Part shown: positions 10,400-19,725 of the stretch, piece by piece
How the letters are laid out: each line of letters starts with the position of its first letter
Position numbering within the stretch: the first letter of the stretch is position 1
IMG/VR virus record: IMGVR_UViG_2974521131_000001
Span: 19,725 to 83,724 of that record
Strand: one strand, 5' to 3'
Source: a virus
Taxonomy: Duplodnaviria > Caudoviricetes
DNA: 64,000 nt
The notes under the pieces: model-generated
The model's input: only the letters and a program-made list of their open reading frames with translations
What the model was told of the DNA's origin: nothing
Database searches by the model: none
Translations under genes and position numbers: made by a program

Positions 10400-11395
10400 A
10401 TGGGTAGCTTTAAGCCCCTCGTCCCAGTTCGCAGCAACCGACCCCTCGAGCTTCAGCGCGGTAATCCGCTGCGCTACCGCTACACGCTGGCCGGTAATCG
10501 GGAGTTCCCACTCGGGACCACTGCGCTGCTGACTGTGGCTAACACCTACGGCCAGACCGTCGGTGCCTACGTCGGTGTTGTTGACGGCAAGTATATCGAT
10601 TTCGCTGAGGCAGCGGACATCTCGGATACGTTGGCCCGCACTGACTCGTGGCAGCTGTTCGTGACGTACCCCGGCGAGACTATGCCTACCCTACTGGAGC
10701 AGGGCCAGGTCATCCGCATCGAGGCTCCATACCCCGACGCACCGCCGCAGTCGAGCGAGTTCGACGGCGTGGCCTACGAGTACCACTTCGGCACGCCTGG
10801 CCTGCTGACCGATCCCGCATGGCGGATCATGAACGGTCACCCACGCGTGTACGACAACTCGCTGCGTGGCTATCCGAACGCTGTCGCCGCTGGCACTCTG
10901 CTGACCGATCTCACGCCGTGGGCTGACGTGGCGATGTTGTGGTTTGCACCGCTGCAGACTGACGCAGTTCGGTTGACGTACAACACGATTCGTGCCCACG
11001 ACAACAGCAATGGCGAGATGTGGACCGTCATTTGCTCGAACTACGACATGTCGAACTGGGCCGGGTTCCATCACAAGCAGGTGTTCGGCATCGGCGACTG
11101 GGACTCCGACACCATCTCGGTCGTAACCGGCACTGGGCCAACGACGTTCGTTAATCGCGCCAGCGCGTCGAAGGACACGCAGGACAACCAGATCTACACC
11201 GCTGAGTTCAACCCGATCACCAACACATTCACGCTCTACGTGGGCACTGACATGACTCCCGTTGTGTCGTGGACTGATTCGACCAGTGTGGTCGACCACG
11301 GCCCCGGTGAGCGCTATGTCGGGTTCGGCTTCAAGTCGACCATCTTGGATGCCGGTGTGCAGGTGTCGGACTGGATCATCGCTGACACCCCATGA
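10400..11395 (+). CDS. Probable structural/minor tail protein (lectin-like C-terminus)
   Basis: GAGG RBS; beta-rich C-terminus resembling the end of the 5671 protein (DHGPGERYVGFG vs KHGPNFRYGG). Confidence 0.55.
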   Translation: MGSFKPLVPVRSNRPLELQRGNPLRYRYTLAGNREFPLGTTALLTVANTYGQTVGAYVGVVDGKYIDFAEAADISDTLARTDSWQLFVTYPGETMPTLLEQGQVIRIEAPYPDAPPQSSEFDGVAYEYHFGTPGLLTDPAWRIMNGHPRVYDNSLRGYPNAVAAGTLLTDLTPWADVAMLWFAPLQTDAVRLTYNTIRAHDNSNGEMWTVICSNYDMSNWAGFHHKQVFGIGDWDSDTISVVTGTGPTTFVNRASASKDTQDNQIYTAEFNPITNTFTLYVGTDMTPVVSWTDSTSVVDHGPGERYVGFGFKSTILDAGVQVSDWIIADTP

Positions 11396-11448
11396 CAAGT
11401 TTCGGGCATTTTCTTTGCATGTCCCACGGACATTGAAAGTTTCTTACA

Positions 11449-12864
11449 TTGAGCTTCACCAAGTTTCTCTATGACGATCCGCTGATCACTCGCGAGCAGG
11501 CGATGAAGGTGCTGATCCAGGTCGCCGACGAGCTGGACATGCCCGACAAGAAGGGTGCCTGCATCATCGCGGGCATGACGGTCTCCCAGGAGGCCGGTGT
11601 CGAGGACGGCGATGCACCGTTCGAGCGCCGCTTCTGGTGTCCCGCCAACCCCGCTGATCCCGAGTCGTTCAACTACGCGCACGACTCCGAGTCCAACGAT
11701 GGCCGCTCGGTTGGCTACTTCCAGCAGCAGAAGGGTCCGAAGGGCGAGCTGTGGTGGGGGACCACCCAGTCGGAGATGGATCTGCATTCTGCTGCAACGC
11801 AGTTCATGACCCGTCTCAAGAAGGTCGGCTACAACGCATCGAACGCTGACGCGGCGAACAACTCGGCGCAGTCGGTGCAGCAGTCGGGTGTGCCGTGGGC
11901 GTACGCCCAGTGGTGGGGCGACATCAACCAGCTGTACGCCAAGGTGGCCGGTACTGCACCTGTGGCCGTGCCCGAGGGCCGGTTCTTCGAAGAGATCAAC
12001 CTGATCGACGGCAGCGGCTCGCAGTCGCGCAACGGCAAGAAGCCACGCCTGATCGTCCTCCACACCGAGGAGGGCAACATGGCTGGCCAGGCCCTGGACG
12101 AGTGGATGGACCGCAACAACGTGTCCTACCACTACATCATCGGGAACGACAACCGCGCATGGGATCTCGTTGATACCGACCGGGCCTCGTGGTCGGTTCT
12201 AGATGCGAACAACTTCTGCATCAACTACGTGTTCGCGCCGTCGTACGCGGGATGGACCCGCCAGCAGTGGCTGGACAACATGGGCACCGGCATCAAGATC
12301 TGCGCCTACCTGGTTGCTCAGGACTGCCTGAAGTACAACATCGAACCCGTTATCCGCGTGGGCAATTCGGCCACCGGTTACGCGAGCCTGCCGAACAGCA
12401 GCGGCATCACCGATCACTACGGGATCACCAAGGGCCTCGGCATCGGCACTCACACCGATGTCGGCGGCGGATTCCCGTGGGACGTATTCAACACCTACCT
12501 GCAGAAGTACCTCGCAGGCGACACGGAGGACGACATGTTCACTGACACTGACCGCGCCATGGTGCAGCGGATCTTCTTCGAGCTGACCAACAAGTGGGAG
12601 TCCCGCTCGATCTACCGCGAGCCGGGGGAGGGACCGGTCGACACCCTCGTGGGCATGCTGCTCAACGACGACGGCATGGAGCACAGCGAGCTGATCGAAC
12701 GCCTTGCGGTGCTGGGTGATTCGGATGCCATTCGTCGCGTACGCCGGTCGGCTGCGGGCAAGGGTGCGGTGACCGACAAGGCCACTGTCGCTCGGGCGAA
12801 GAAGGTCTTCCAGTCGATCCCCGAGGAGATCATGGCCGCATACAAGGAAGAGGTAGGCGAGTGA
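11449..12864 (+). CDS. lysA: Endolysin (lysin A): lysozyme-like N-domain plus amidase_2 domain
   Basis: SVGYFQQ N-domain; amidase motifs LIVLHTEEG, SYHY, HTDVG; precedes holin and lysB. Confidence 0.88.
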   Translation: MSFTKFLYDDPLITREQAMKVLIQVADELDMPDKKGACIIAGMTVSQEAGVEDGDAPFERRFWCPANPADPESFNYAHDSESNDGRSVGYFQQQKGPKGELWWGTTQSEMDLHSAATQFMTRLKKVGYNASNADAANNSAQSVQQSGVPWAYAQWWGDINQLYAKVAGTAPVAVPEGRFFEEINLIDGSGSQSRNGKKPRLIVLHTEEGNMAGQALDEWMDRNNVSYHYIIGNDNRAWDLVDTDRASWSVLDANNFCINYVFAPSYAGWTRQQWLDNMGTGIKICAYLVAQDCLKYNIEPVIRVGNSATGYASLPNSSGITDHYGITKGLGIGTHTDVGGGFPWDVFNTYLQKYLAGDTEDDMFTDTDRAMVQRIFFELTNKWESRSIYREPGEGPVDTLVGMLLNDDGMEHSELIERLAVLGDSDAIRRVRRSAAGKGAVTDKATVARAKKVFQSIPEEIMAAYKEEVGE

Positions 12865-13052
12865 AGAAGAAGCTGATCGGAATGATCTTCGCGGCAGTGT
12901 GGCCGCACATCGAGCCGCTGGTCGAGGAGAAGCTGATCGAGATGCTCGACGGGATGATCCCCGACGAGGTGAAGGCGATCCTTCCAGACGGTGGCGACTT
13001 GAACGAGTTCATCGGCGACATCGGCAAGTTCATCGGAGGCCTGATGCGATGA
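12861..13052 (+). CDS. Small lysis-cassette protein
   Basis: GTGA overlap with lysA, GAGG RBS. Confidence 0.6.
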   Translation: MKKKLIGMIFAAVWPHIEPLVEEKLIEMLDGMIPDEVKAILPDGGDLNEFIGDIGKFIGGLMR

Positions 13053-13375
13053 AGCTAGCTGAGGTCAAGAAGGCTGCCGCCGCTGGTGCTACCGCGCTGG
13101 CCGGTATGGAGGGTCTGGCAGCGATGCTTGAGGCGTCGACTACCCACCCATGGCTTCACGCTGTGGCCGTAGGGTTTTCGGTTCTCGTGACCGCTGCGAC
13201 GTGGGCGGTTCGCAACAAGGCGACCATCGATCAGATCTTCGATGAGTTCGACACGGACCCCGAGATCGCGAAGGCGGTCATCGAGAAGGCGACGGACGAC
13301 CCGTACGCCGCACAGGCTGCGCTGGAGAAGCATCCGACTCTCGCAGAGCAGCTCATCGCGTCCTACAAGGACTGA
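13049..13375 (+). CDS. Holin
   Basis: Two hydrophobic N-terminal helices, W.V.N motif, lies between lysA and lysB. Confidence 0.7.
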   Translation: MKLAEVKKAAAAGATALAGMEGLAAMLEASTTHPWLHAVAVGFSVLVTAATWAVRNKATIDQIFDEFDTDPEIAKAVIEKATDDPYAAQAALEKHPTLAEQLIASYKD

Positions 13376-13386
13376 CAAGCACGAAA

Positions 13387-13425
13387 CAGGAACGGGCTCA
13401 CCTCGTTTGGTGGGTCCGTTTCTTC
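13387..13425 (+). terminator. Hairpin between holin and lysB (terminator/attenuator-like)
   Basis: GAACGGGCTCACC..GGTGGGTCCGTTTC followed by TTCT. Confidence 0.4.
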
Positions 13426-13443
13426 TGCCTTGAAGGAGGCACT

Positions 13444-14421
13444 ATGGCATGGATCGGTTGGCAGGAAGGCATGGAGGGCCTGCCCGTTCTGGCCGCTATC
13501 GGCGAGCTGCGAGCGAAGTTCTCGTACGGCAAGCAGCTGGGTTTGACCAAGAAGTTCACCCCCGCACTGACGGAGGCCGTGAAGACGTTCCAGCGCAACA
13601 AGGGCGGGCTACGCACCGACGGCGTGCTGGACTACGAGACCCAGAAGGCTCTGGGCGTCCTGGAGGCGCTGAAGCCGTGGCTGTTCACGGTGGCCGGTAC
13701 TGGCGCGTTCTGGGATGCCGGATACCCGGCTGACATCGCCCGTGCGGTAGCGGATCTGTACCGCTGGCAGGGCGTGAACTACCCGGCGACTGCGTTCCCC
13801 ATGGGCGACTCGGTCGATGCGGGTATTGCTGAGCTGGTCAAGCTGATCAAGCAGCGTCTCGACCGCTACCCTGCGGCGAAGTTCGTCATGATCGGCTACT
13901 CACAGGGCGCGATTGTCACGTCGATGGTGTGGAAGCGCTACATCAAGGGCACCTCGCTCGAGGAGCGCATCATCGGCTCGATCACATACGGCAACCCGTG
14001 CCGCGAGCTGGGTGTGGCGAATGGCAATGTGGCAGAGGGTATTCCGGTTCCCGAGGGCCGTGGAATCGCCGACGACCGCCTGCAGTCAACGCCATTGTGG
14101 TGGTACGATTTTGCTCACGGAGCTAACTCTCCGTTTGGCCGTGACATCTACACGGACACCCCCGATGACGACGCTGGCGAGATGATGACCGCCGTGTACC
14201 GGGCGGTGCAGAAGTTGAAGAACCTATGGAGCGGTGTGGACTCCATCCTGGAACAGGTCGGCGAGATCATCAAGCGCCCAATTCCAGAGATCTACGCGGC
14301 GTTCCGCGCAATCGTCTATGGCGGTCAGTTCGTGACCACGCAGCCGTGGGCCACCTATCCGCACACGAATTACACCATCGATCACGCGGTCGCGATTCTT
14401 CGTCGTATCGCTAAGAACTGA
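13444..14421 (+). CDS. lysB: Lysin B (PG-binding domain plus cutinase-like esterase)
   Basis: VKTFQR..L.TDGVLD PG-binding motif; GYSQG nucleophile elbow; YGNP. Confidence 0.92.
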   Translation: MAWIGWQEGMEGLPVLAAIGELRAKFSYGKQLGLTKKFTPALTEAVKTFQRNKGGLRTDGVLDYETQKALGVLEALKPWLFTVAGTGAFWDAGYPADIARAVADLYRWQGVNYPATAFPMGDSVDAGIAELVKLIKQRLDRYPAAKFVMIGYSQGAIVTSMVWKRYIKGTSLEERIIGSITYGNPCRELGVANGNVAEGIPVPEGRGIADDRLQSTPLWWYDFAHGANSPFGRDIYTDTPDDDAGEMMTAVYRAVQKLKNLWSGVDSILEQVGEIIKRPIPEIYAAFRAIVYGGQFVTTQPWATYPHTNYTIDHAVAILRRIAKN

Positions 14422-14430
14422 ACGGATTAC

Positions 14431-14682
14431 ATGAGCGTCACTGTCTATACAACCGGCCCCGATTGCCACAAGTGCAACCTGACGAAGCGGGCGCTAGCGA
14501 AGGGAGGGATTCCCTTCACTGAGGTGCTGCTGGCAGATGAACCTGAGACTGCGCAGCGGTTCCGAGATAGCGGGATGATGATCGCCCCGGTGGTCGTCAC
14601 GGACACGGAGACATGGTTCGACTTCCGCATCGACAAGATCCGCGAACTGGTCAAGGCTCACGGCAGTCGCGCTGCCGCCTGA
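14431..14682 (+). CDS. nrdH: NrdH-like glutaredoxin
   Basis: VTVYT..CHKC (CxxC) and APVV cis-Pro motif; 83 aa. Confidence 0.85.
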   Translation: MSVTVYTTGPDCHKCNLTKRALAKGGIPFTEVLLADEPETAQRFRDSGMMIAPVVVTDTETWFDFRIDKIRELVKAHGSRAAA

Positions 14683-14696
14683 TTTGCCCCAGGAAC

Positions 14697-14740
14697 GACG
14701 AAACCCCCACACCCGGTATGGATGTGGGGGTTTTTCGTTA
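14697..14740. terminator. Bidirectional intrinsic terminator between convergent operons
   Basis: ACGAAACCCCCACA..TGTGGGGGTTTTTCGT. Confidence 0.8.
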
Positions 14741-14896
14741 GAAGGGATCTGAGGCCCAGTCGCGCATGAAGTCCGAGAGATCGCTCCACGTACGACGGCG
14801 ATCCTTTGTCCACGCGACGAACTCGAGATCGTCACTGAGCTTGACCCTGGCCGACCAGAATCCGCGTGCGAACTCCTCGGAGACGACCGGCGTCAC
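14738..14896 (-). CDS. Hypothetical protein
   Basis: GTG overlapping upstream TGA; 52 aa. Confidence 0.5.
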   Translation of the reverse strand: MTPVVSEEFARGFWSARVKLSDDLEFVAWTKDRRRTWSDLSDFMRDWASDPF

Positions 14897-15072
14897 AGCA
14901 AGTCGCTCTCCAGTTGACGGCAGGACGCTTCGACCCGCGCCTCCATGCACTTCGGGCACAGCCACGCCTTCCAGAACTCGTACCACTTCAGTGGCCGCTT
15001 CTTCGTCGGACAGCCGTAGCAGTGAACCGTCTCGCGAGTCTCGCCGCCCGCGTACTGGATGGTTCCGCTCAT
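14893..15072 (-). CDS. Small Cys-rich protein (CxxC..CPKC)
   Basis: Read manually (MSGTIQYAGG..CYGCP..LCPKC); GGAG RBS; absent from ORF track. Confidence 0.55.
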   Translation of the reverse strand: MSGTIQYAGGETRETVHCYGCPTKKRPLKWYEFWKAWLCPKCMEARVEASCRQLESDLL

Positions 15073-15087
15073 TGCAATCTCCCTATG

Positions 15088-15312
15088 TCAGTAGGCCCCA
15101 GGCAGGGGCTCAACCTTGCTGACCGCCTTCTCCTTGCCCTCATGGGCGAGAGCGCGGTTGAAGTACATGCACATGTTCTGGGCGATCTTGAGACTCACCG
15201 CGTGGGCGACGACGACGATCTTCTCGTCTGGCCGCCCCTCGCGGTTGTACTCACAGACCTCCACACCCTTGACCGTTGTCCGGCCAGGGTGGTAGCGGTA
15301 CCAGTCGGCCAA
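15088..15312 (-). CDS. Hypothetical protein
   Basis: High GC3; in leftward operon. Confidence 0.55.
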   Translation of the reverse strand: MADWYRYHPGRTTVKGVEVCEYNREGRPDEKIVVVAHAVSLKIAQNMCMYFNRALAHEGKEKAVSKVEPLPGAY

Positions 15313-15314
15313 CG

Positions 15315-15710
15315 TCAGCGGATTTCGATGTCGGGGAGGATGGTCGTCGGCTTGAACGTGACGTGGTAGTAGTCCGTCGACACATTCGCGGCGTCGACCT
15401 GCTCCACGAAGTAGGAGACGTTGTCACTCAGGCCGAGGAAGTGCTTCTTGTAGCCGTCGCCTACCTTGCAGGTGACATCGAGCTTCTTCGACATGGTGTC
15501 AGGGGTGATCGAGCACCGACCCTCGATGGTCAGCAGGTACTTGTCGGTGATGCCGTTGAAGAACGTGATGCGGCGGGCGATCTTGAAGTTGTCGGCATCC
15601 TGGGACAGGTTCTGCGAGGCCAGGTTGGCATCGGTGTCCTGACACGCCGACAGGGTGGTGATGGCTGCGGCGGCGACGAGGGTGGCGGCGGCGATCTTCT
15701 TGAGGCTCAT
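15315..15710 (-). CDS. Lipoprotein, conserved phage family
   Basis: Signal peptide with lipobox LSAC; HFLGLSDNV.YFVEQ motif. Confidence 0.75.
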   Translation of the reverse strand: MSLKKIAAATLVAAAAITTLSACQDTDANLASQNLSQDADNFKIARRITFFNGITDKYLLTIEGRCSITPDTMSKKLDVTCKVGDGYKKHFLGLSDNVSYFVEQVDAANVSTDYYHVTFKPTTILPDIEIR

Positions 15711-16336
15711 AGGTTCTCTTCCATTTGGCGAAGCAGGTTGATGCGGGCGACGAGTTCGTCAGGCTTGAACTCCGTGTACAGGCCCTTCAGTGACGGTGGC
15801 TCGTCGGCCTGAGTGAATGTGTGCGTCGGATAGTCCAGTGGGACAACGTCCTCGTACTGCGCCAGGACGATGCAGGTCTCCCGCGCCCCGACCGAGATCG
15901 TGTGCAGCTCGGGTGCTGACATGTAGTACTGGCTACCCGGCCAGTTGAGCGTCAGGTTCCGCGTGTTCACCAGCAGTGCAGAGTCGCCGTCGGCGGTGAA
16001 TCCGTTCCCGCCATTGAGCGGGGTCATCCACTCGAAGATGTTGAACCACTCGGCGGCAAGCATGGTGCCGGGGCTGGCCTGCGCGTACCACTTGTTCGTG
16101 ATCCGGCCAGACATCAGCTGCGTGGTGAAGTGGTAGCGGTGATCGTGGGGGTTGATCACCTCGCCCAGCTTCTGCGACTCCATGCCGTCAGCGAAGAAGT
16201 ACGCCTTCAGTGTCAGTCCTGAATCACGGTGCAGGCACAGGTAGTCCAGGCCCTTGGCGTGGAAGTCCTTGAACGAGTGCTCCAGCAGCTCGTCCACGTC
16301 CAGGTCATCCCAGACGATGTCGGCGAGAAGGCTCAA
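15707..16336 (-). CDS. Cupin-fold protein
   Basis: PHDHRYHF..L.G and LHTI motifs; probable TTG start at 16336. Confidence 0.6.
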   Translation of the reverse strand: MSLLADIVWDDLDVDELLEHSFKDFHAKGLDYLCLHRDSGLTLKAYFFADGMESQKLGEVINPHDHRYHFTTQLMSGRITNKWYAQASPGTMLAAEWFNIFEWMTPLNGGNGFTADGDSALLVNTRNLTLNWPGSQYYMSAPELHTISVGARETCIVLAQYEDVVPLDYPTHTFTQADEPPSLKGLYTEFKPDELVARINLLRQMEENL

Positions 16337-16527
16337 CGTGGCCTCGCAGTGATCGTGACGGCATCCGGCCACGACTCACGGAAGTCGCTGTAACCCTTCG
16401 TGATCTGCAGGTCGAGCGTGGCAGTGGTGCGGACGCCGATCTCCTTGGCCTGCGCGACGAACTGCTCCATGTCGGCCAGAGTCAGTGGGCTGGACAGCCG
16501 GATCTCGTGGGTGATGTTGACGGTCAT
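16333..16527 (-). CDS. Hypothetical protein
   Basis: ATGA overlaps, high GC3. Confidence 0.6.
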   Translation of the reverse strand: MTVNITHEIRLSSPLTLADMEQFVAQAKEIGVRTTATLDLQITKGYSDFRESWPDAVTITARPR

Positions 16528-16742
16528 CCGAGGGGGATCCCGAATCCGACGCCACCGGTCGCGGGGTCGATGTACATCCCGCCACCCATGTCGATGCCGA
16601 TGCCACCCTTCGGGGTGAGCACGATGCCACCACCGCCCGTTGCCGGGGATGGATCCATACCGCCGTCGGTCGACGGGTCACACGCAGTCGCCCCGAGGAT
16701 CACGCCCACGGCGGCGAGGCCGAGAAGAATCTTCTTGGTCAT
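16524..16742 (-). CDS. Small Gly-rich lipoprotein
   Basis: MTKKILLGLAAVGVILGATAC lipobox. Confidence 0.65.
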   Translation of the reverse strand: MTKKILLGLAAVGVILGATACDPSTDGGMDPSPATGGGGIVLTPKGGIGIDMGGGMYIDPATGGVGFGIPLG

Positions 16743-17053
16743 TCCGGCACCTTCGTCAGTCGGATGAAGCTGTTGATGTTGTTGAACCTGTTGAGACACA
16801 GCGCACAGGCGATGGTTCCGGTGCTCTCAACCCGCGAACGCCACGACGGGTACAGCTTCATGGCGTTCTCCCAGTGGTTCTTGCACAACCACCCCTGGTT
16901 GCACGTGTGGAACTCCTGGTACCCGGCGATGGGGCCACCGCACGGCACCTTGTCCTTGTGCCGACTGCAGCAGTCCAGCTCCTCGAACGTCCCGTTGATC
17001 ATCGACTCGATGTCGACATCGATCTCAACGTCAGGCAGTGTCGCTGTCGGCAT
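16739..17053 (-). CDS. Cys/His-rich hypothetical protein
   Basis: Several Cys/His pairs; GGAG RBS. Confidence 0.6.
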   Translation of the reverse strand: MPTATLPDVEIDVDIESMINGTFEELDCCSRHKDKVPCGGPIAGYQEFHTCNQGWLCKNHWENAMKLYPSWRSRVESTGTIACALCLNRFNNINSFIRLTKVPE

Positions 17054-17321
17054 CGTCTTCCTTGATCGAGTAGTTCTGTTGGAACACTTCGTCGGTCATG
17101 ACGACCCAGCCGTTGGACTCCTGGACCAGCCAGTCGCCTTCGTAGGCCTTCCTGCCCTGCAGGTCACCCGGTGGGGTGAGTGCGATGTGCAGGAACTTGC
17201 GCGTGTGCGGGTGCTGGATCGAGCGGGCGAACGGGACCGCGTCAGCTACCCGCTTGAAGGGGCGGGCCACCTGAATGGCCCGCACCTCCGTCGGGTTGTG
17301 AACGTAGGTCTCGAGGCTCAC
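17031..17321 (-). CDS. PGD(Y/W)-motif phage protein
   Basis: EGDWLV..F..NY motif; GTG start at 17321. Confidence 0.55.
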   Translation of the reverse strand: MSLETYVHNPTEVRAIQVARPFKRVADAVPFARSIQHPHTRKFLHIALTPPGDLQGRKAYEGDWLVQESNGWVVMTDEVFQQNYSIKEDDADSDTA

Positions 17322-17647
17322 GGGATCGCGACGAGCCCATCTGCGATGAACTGCTCGGCGGGCAGCGCCCACACGTTCTTGTCGCGGTCACGGATGACGT
17401 AGTCGCCGGGGAACATCCCCGCCACCCTGCCGTTCTGATGCACGGACACAGCGACCAGGTGGCCGTCGTCGGCGAACTCGACAACCATCGCGGTGTGCAG
17501 CTTCTCGCGCTCCGCGTCCAGCGACAGCAGGTGGGTGATGGTGCCCAGGTTGGCACCGGTCACCTTGACGCCCTCGCCGAATGGCATCAGCTGGCCGATG
17601 CGCTTGAGTCCGGTCGGTTCGTTCAGCTTGCTCTTCTTCTTGCTCAT
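17318..17647 (-). CDS. PGDY-motif phage protein
   Basis: FPGDYVIRD..W....F motif. Confidence 0.6.
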   Translation of the reverse strand: MSKKKSKLNEPTGLKRIGQLMPFGEGVKVTGANLGTITHLLSLDAEREKLHTAMVVEFADDGHLVAVSVHQNGRVAGMFPGDYVIRDRDKNVWALPAEQFIADGLVAIP

Positions 17648-18444
17648 AGCAATCCCTTCGTTTTCCAGTGTTGGTAGTGCATGCCGATCAACCAGTTGTC
17701 GATCGCTTCGTAGTCGGGGTGGTCGGGGAGTTCGCTGACCTCCACTGCCTTCCGCAGCAGCTCGGTACGCAGCTCCAGCGACTTCAGTGCGACATCGAGC
17801 GGGAACTCGCCGTTGCGCATCCGCAGCAGGAAGTCGCGGTGAACGTCTTCCATCGGGAGCGTGATGTCGCCTTCCAGCAGCAGCTCCGTGCCCTGGATGG
17901 CCAGCCGGTGGGCGTGGTACATCATCTTGGTGTCGTAGCCGAACTTCGCGACCAGCTCAGGCCGGTTGGTGTGCTTCTTCCCGCGCTTGCCCTGTGCCCG
18001 TTCACGCTGGGCGACAAGGTAACCGAGGAACCGGTCGCCCACCTGCTTGGACAGGAACAGGTCTCGGTTCCACCGCAGCTCCCGTCCCTCCTCCGTGCAG
18101 TCGTACACGTAGTTCTCGGGCGCGAACAGCGGCATCAGCACCGTCGGGTTGCCCTTCGCGGCCAACCGTGCGTACTTCTGCAGGCTGTAGATCGTCTGGT
18201 CCGTGTCGCCGGGACCGGAGCGCTGCCCCTCGGGGATGCGGGTGCCGTCAGCGTGCCAGCGGTCCTGGTACTGCTCGAACTGCTGTGTGCCGATGACACA
18301 TTCGGGAGGGGCGATGCAGATGCCCATCTCGTCGTTGTCGTCCTGGCCACCGAGGGTGACGCCGTGCAGGACGGAGCCGACCTCGGTCTTGTAGATCAGG
18401 TTGTCGTGCGCGATCTGGGCATGCCAGATGCTGTTGTGGCTCAC
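17644..18444 (-). CDS. Pol-beta superfamily nucleotidyltransferase (RlaP/PF10127-like)
   Basis: GSVLHG..DxD(DND)..G motif, YSL.KY..LA.KGNP, YD.K..YHA.RL. Confidence 0.8.
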   Translation of the reverse strand: MSHNSIWHAQIAHDNLIYKTEVGSVLHGVTLGGQDDNDEMGICIAPPECVIGTQQFEQYQDRWHADGTRIPEGQRSGPGDTDQTIYSLQKYARLAAKGNPTVLMPLFAPENYVYDCTEEGRELRWNRDLFLSKQVGDRFLGYLVAQRERAQGKRGKKHTNRPELVAKFGYDTKMMYHAHRLAIQGTELLLEGDITLPMEDVHRDFLLRMRNGEFPLDVALKSLELRTELLRKAVEVSELPDHPDYEAIDNWLIGMHYQHWKTKGLL

Positions 18445-19163
18445 ACGATCTCCATCAGGAAGCCGATGCCCTCCAGCTGCGGGCCATCTTCGCCGACCGA
18501 CGTGAACTCGTCGCCGTCGAGGGAGCAGACCCACGTGCCGTTCTGCCAGCGGTAGACGAAGTGCTCACCAGCGTCGTTGACGAACTCCCAGTCGGCGTCA
18601 CGCTCAGTCTCAGTGAGCTGCTTGACAGCTCGACGTGGCTGCGACACAACGGTGTACGGCCCGTAGTTGGTCAGCACACTGGCGTAGCGGCTGAGGATGG
18701 GACGCCAGGAGCTGCCATCCTCACTGATCATCCACTCGCCGTGGTCGAACCGGTACTGGTCGCCCTGATTGTCCTCCCAGACCTCATCGATCTCGTCTTC
18801 ACCGAGAGCGTCGACCTGGTACGGGCTGTTCTGAAGGAGCGCCGGGACGGTGTAGTGGTCGGGGCACTCCGCGATCTCATCGAGACCGGCCTGGAAGTCG
18901 TCCCACGCCTTCGCCTTCTCATACAGCTCAGTGAGCACGTTGACCCACCGGACGATCTGCGCACGGTTCAGTCCGTCAGCCTCGGCTGCGGTGATGAACT
19001 CGTCGGGGAGGGTCGGCTGAAGGGTCGCCGCGAGGTACTTGTCACCACCGAGATTCACGGAGATGCAGTACGGCTGATCCGGCTCGGCGAACGCCTTGTA
19101 GGCGAAGACGACTTCCGCACCATCTACTAGACCTTGGTAGGTCTCTTTGATGTCTGTGCTCAT
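18441..19163 (-). CDS. Hypothetical protein with repeated W..GD.Y..W modules
   Basis: First gene of leftward operon; high GC3. Confidence 0.65.
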   Translation of the reverse strand: MSTDIKETYQGLVDGAEVVFAYKAFAEPDQPYCISVNLGGDKYLAATLQPTLPDEFITAAEADGLNRAQIVRWVNVLTELYEKAKAWDDFQAGLDEIAECPDHYTVPALLQNSPYQVDALGEDEIDEVWEDNQGDQYRFDHGEWMISEDGSSWRPILSRYASVLTNYGPYTVVSQPRRAVKQLTETERDADWEFVNDAGEHFVYRWQNGTWVCSLDGDEFTSVGEDGPQLEGIGFLMEIV

Positions 19164-19190
19164 GGCGTTCAGCTTGTCAGTCGCTGAAAG

Positions 19191-19202
19191 GTGATTACAG
19201 GA
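19191..19202 (+). repeat. GTGATTACAGGA motif copy 1
   Basis: Exact match. Confidence 0.8.
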
Positions 19203-19431
19203 AGCGGTTTTCGCGCGCAGTACCTCGTAATTGGTACCAATATCCTTATGTAGTACCTAATTTCAGAATGGGTACTACTCACGAGAAGGGAGTATCAAAT
19301 AAAAACAACGTCCCCCTGTGGGGGACGCTGCTCTCGTACCGTAGGTGGAACATCGCGCCACATCCGTGTCGCTCCGTGGGCGCTCACTGGCGTTCGCACT
19401 GTCCTTTATGGACACTAGGCAGTGGCGCGGA

Positions 19432-19443
19432 GTGATTACAGGA
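19432..19443 (+). repeat. GTGATTACAGGA motif copy 2
   Basis: Exact match, followed by CTGACCTGC. Confidence 0.8.
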
Positions 19444-19687
19444 GGATCGCCCTGACCTGCGGTTTTGTGGGAGACCCTGAGGGCCGGCTGAGGGATCTCT
19501 TATGAACATCTCAGGCTTCCGCCATCTAGGTGCAATGAGTACAGGAACCTGTTAAGGTTCCGTCGGGCTCGCACCGAGGTTGGTATTTCCCTTCCCCCTC
19601 AACAGTGAGCGCGGCACCGGAAGCTCACGACTGGTGAAGGTGCCCCTCCCTCGGGGGTCGTGTCCCGAGGGAGCCCCACAGTCGTTC

Positions 19688-19699
19688 TCCTGTAATCAC
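19688..19699 (-). repeat. GTGATTACAGGA motif copy 3
   Basis: TCCTGTAATCAC on + strand. Confidence 0.8.
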
Positions 19700-19725
19700 T
19701 CCGAATTGACTGCCACGCTGAATGC

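Larger units (their letters stand above)
19164..19725. promoter_or_regulatory. Divergent regulatory region
   Basis: 560-bp non-coding, AT-rich part, three GTGATTACAGGA copies, GTAGTACC/GGTACTAC inverted repeat. Confidence 0.65.

Noticed and set aside
902-14469. Long antisense ORFs across tail and lysis genes (also 17668, 19696, 26951, 43937, 49603, 56911)
   Set aside because: Shadow ORFs of high-GC coding strands; no RBS or motifs.
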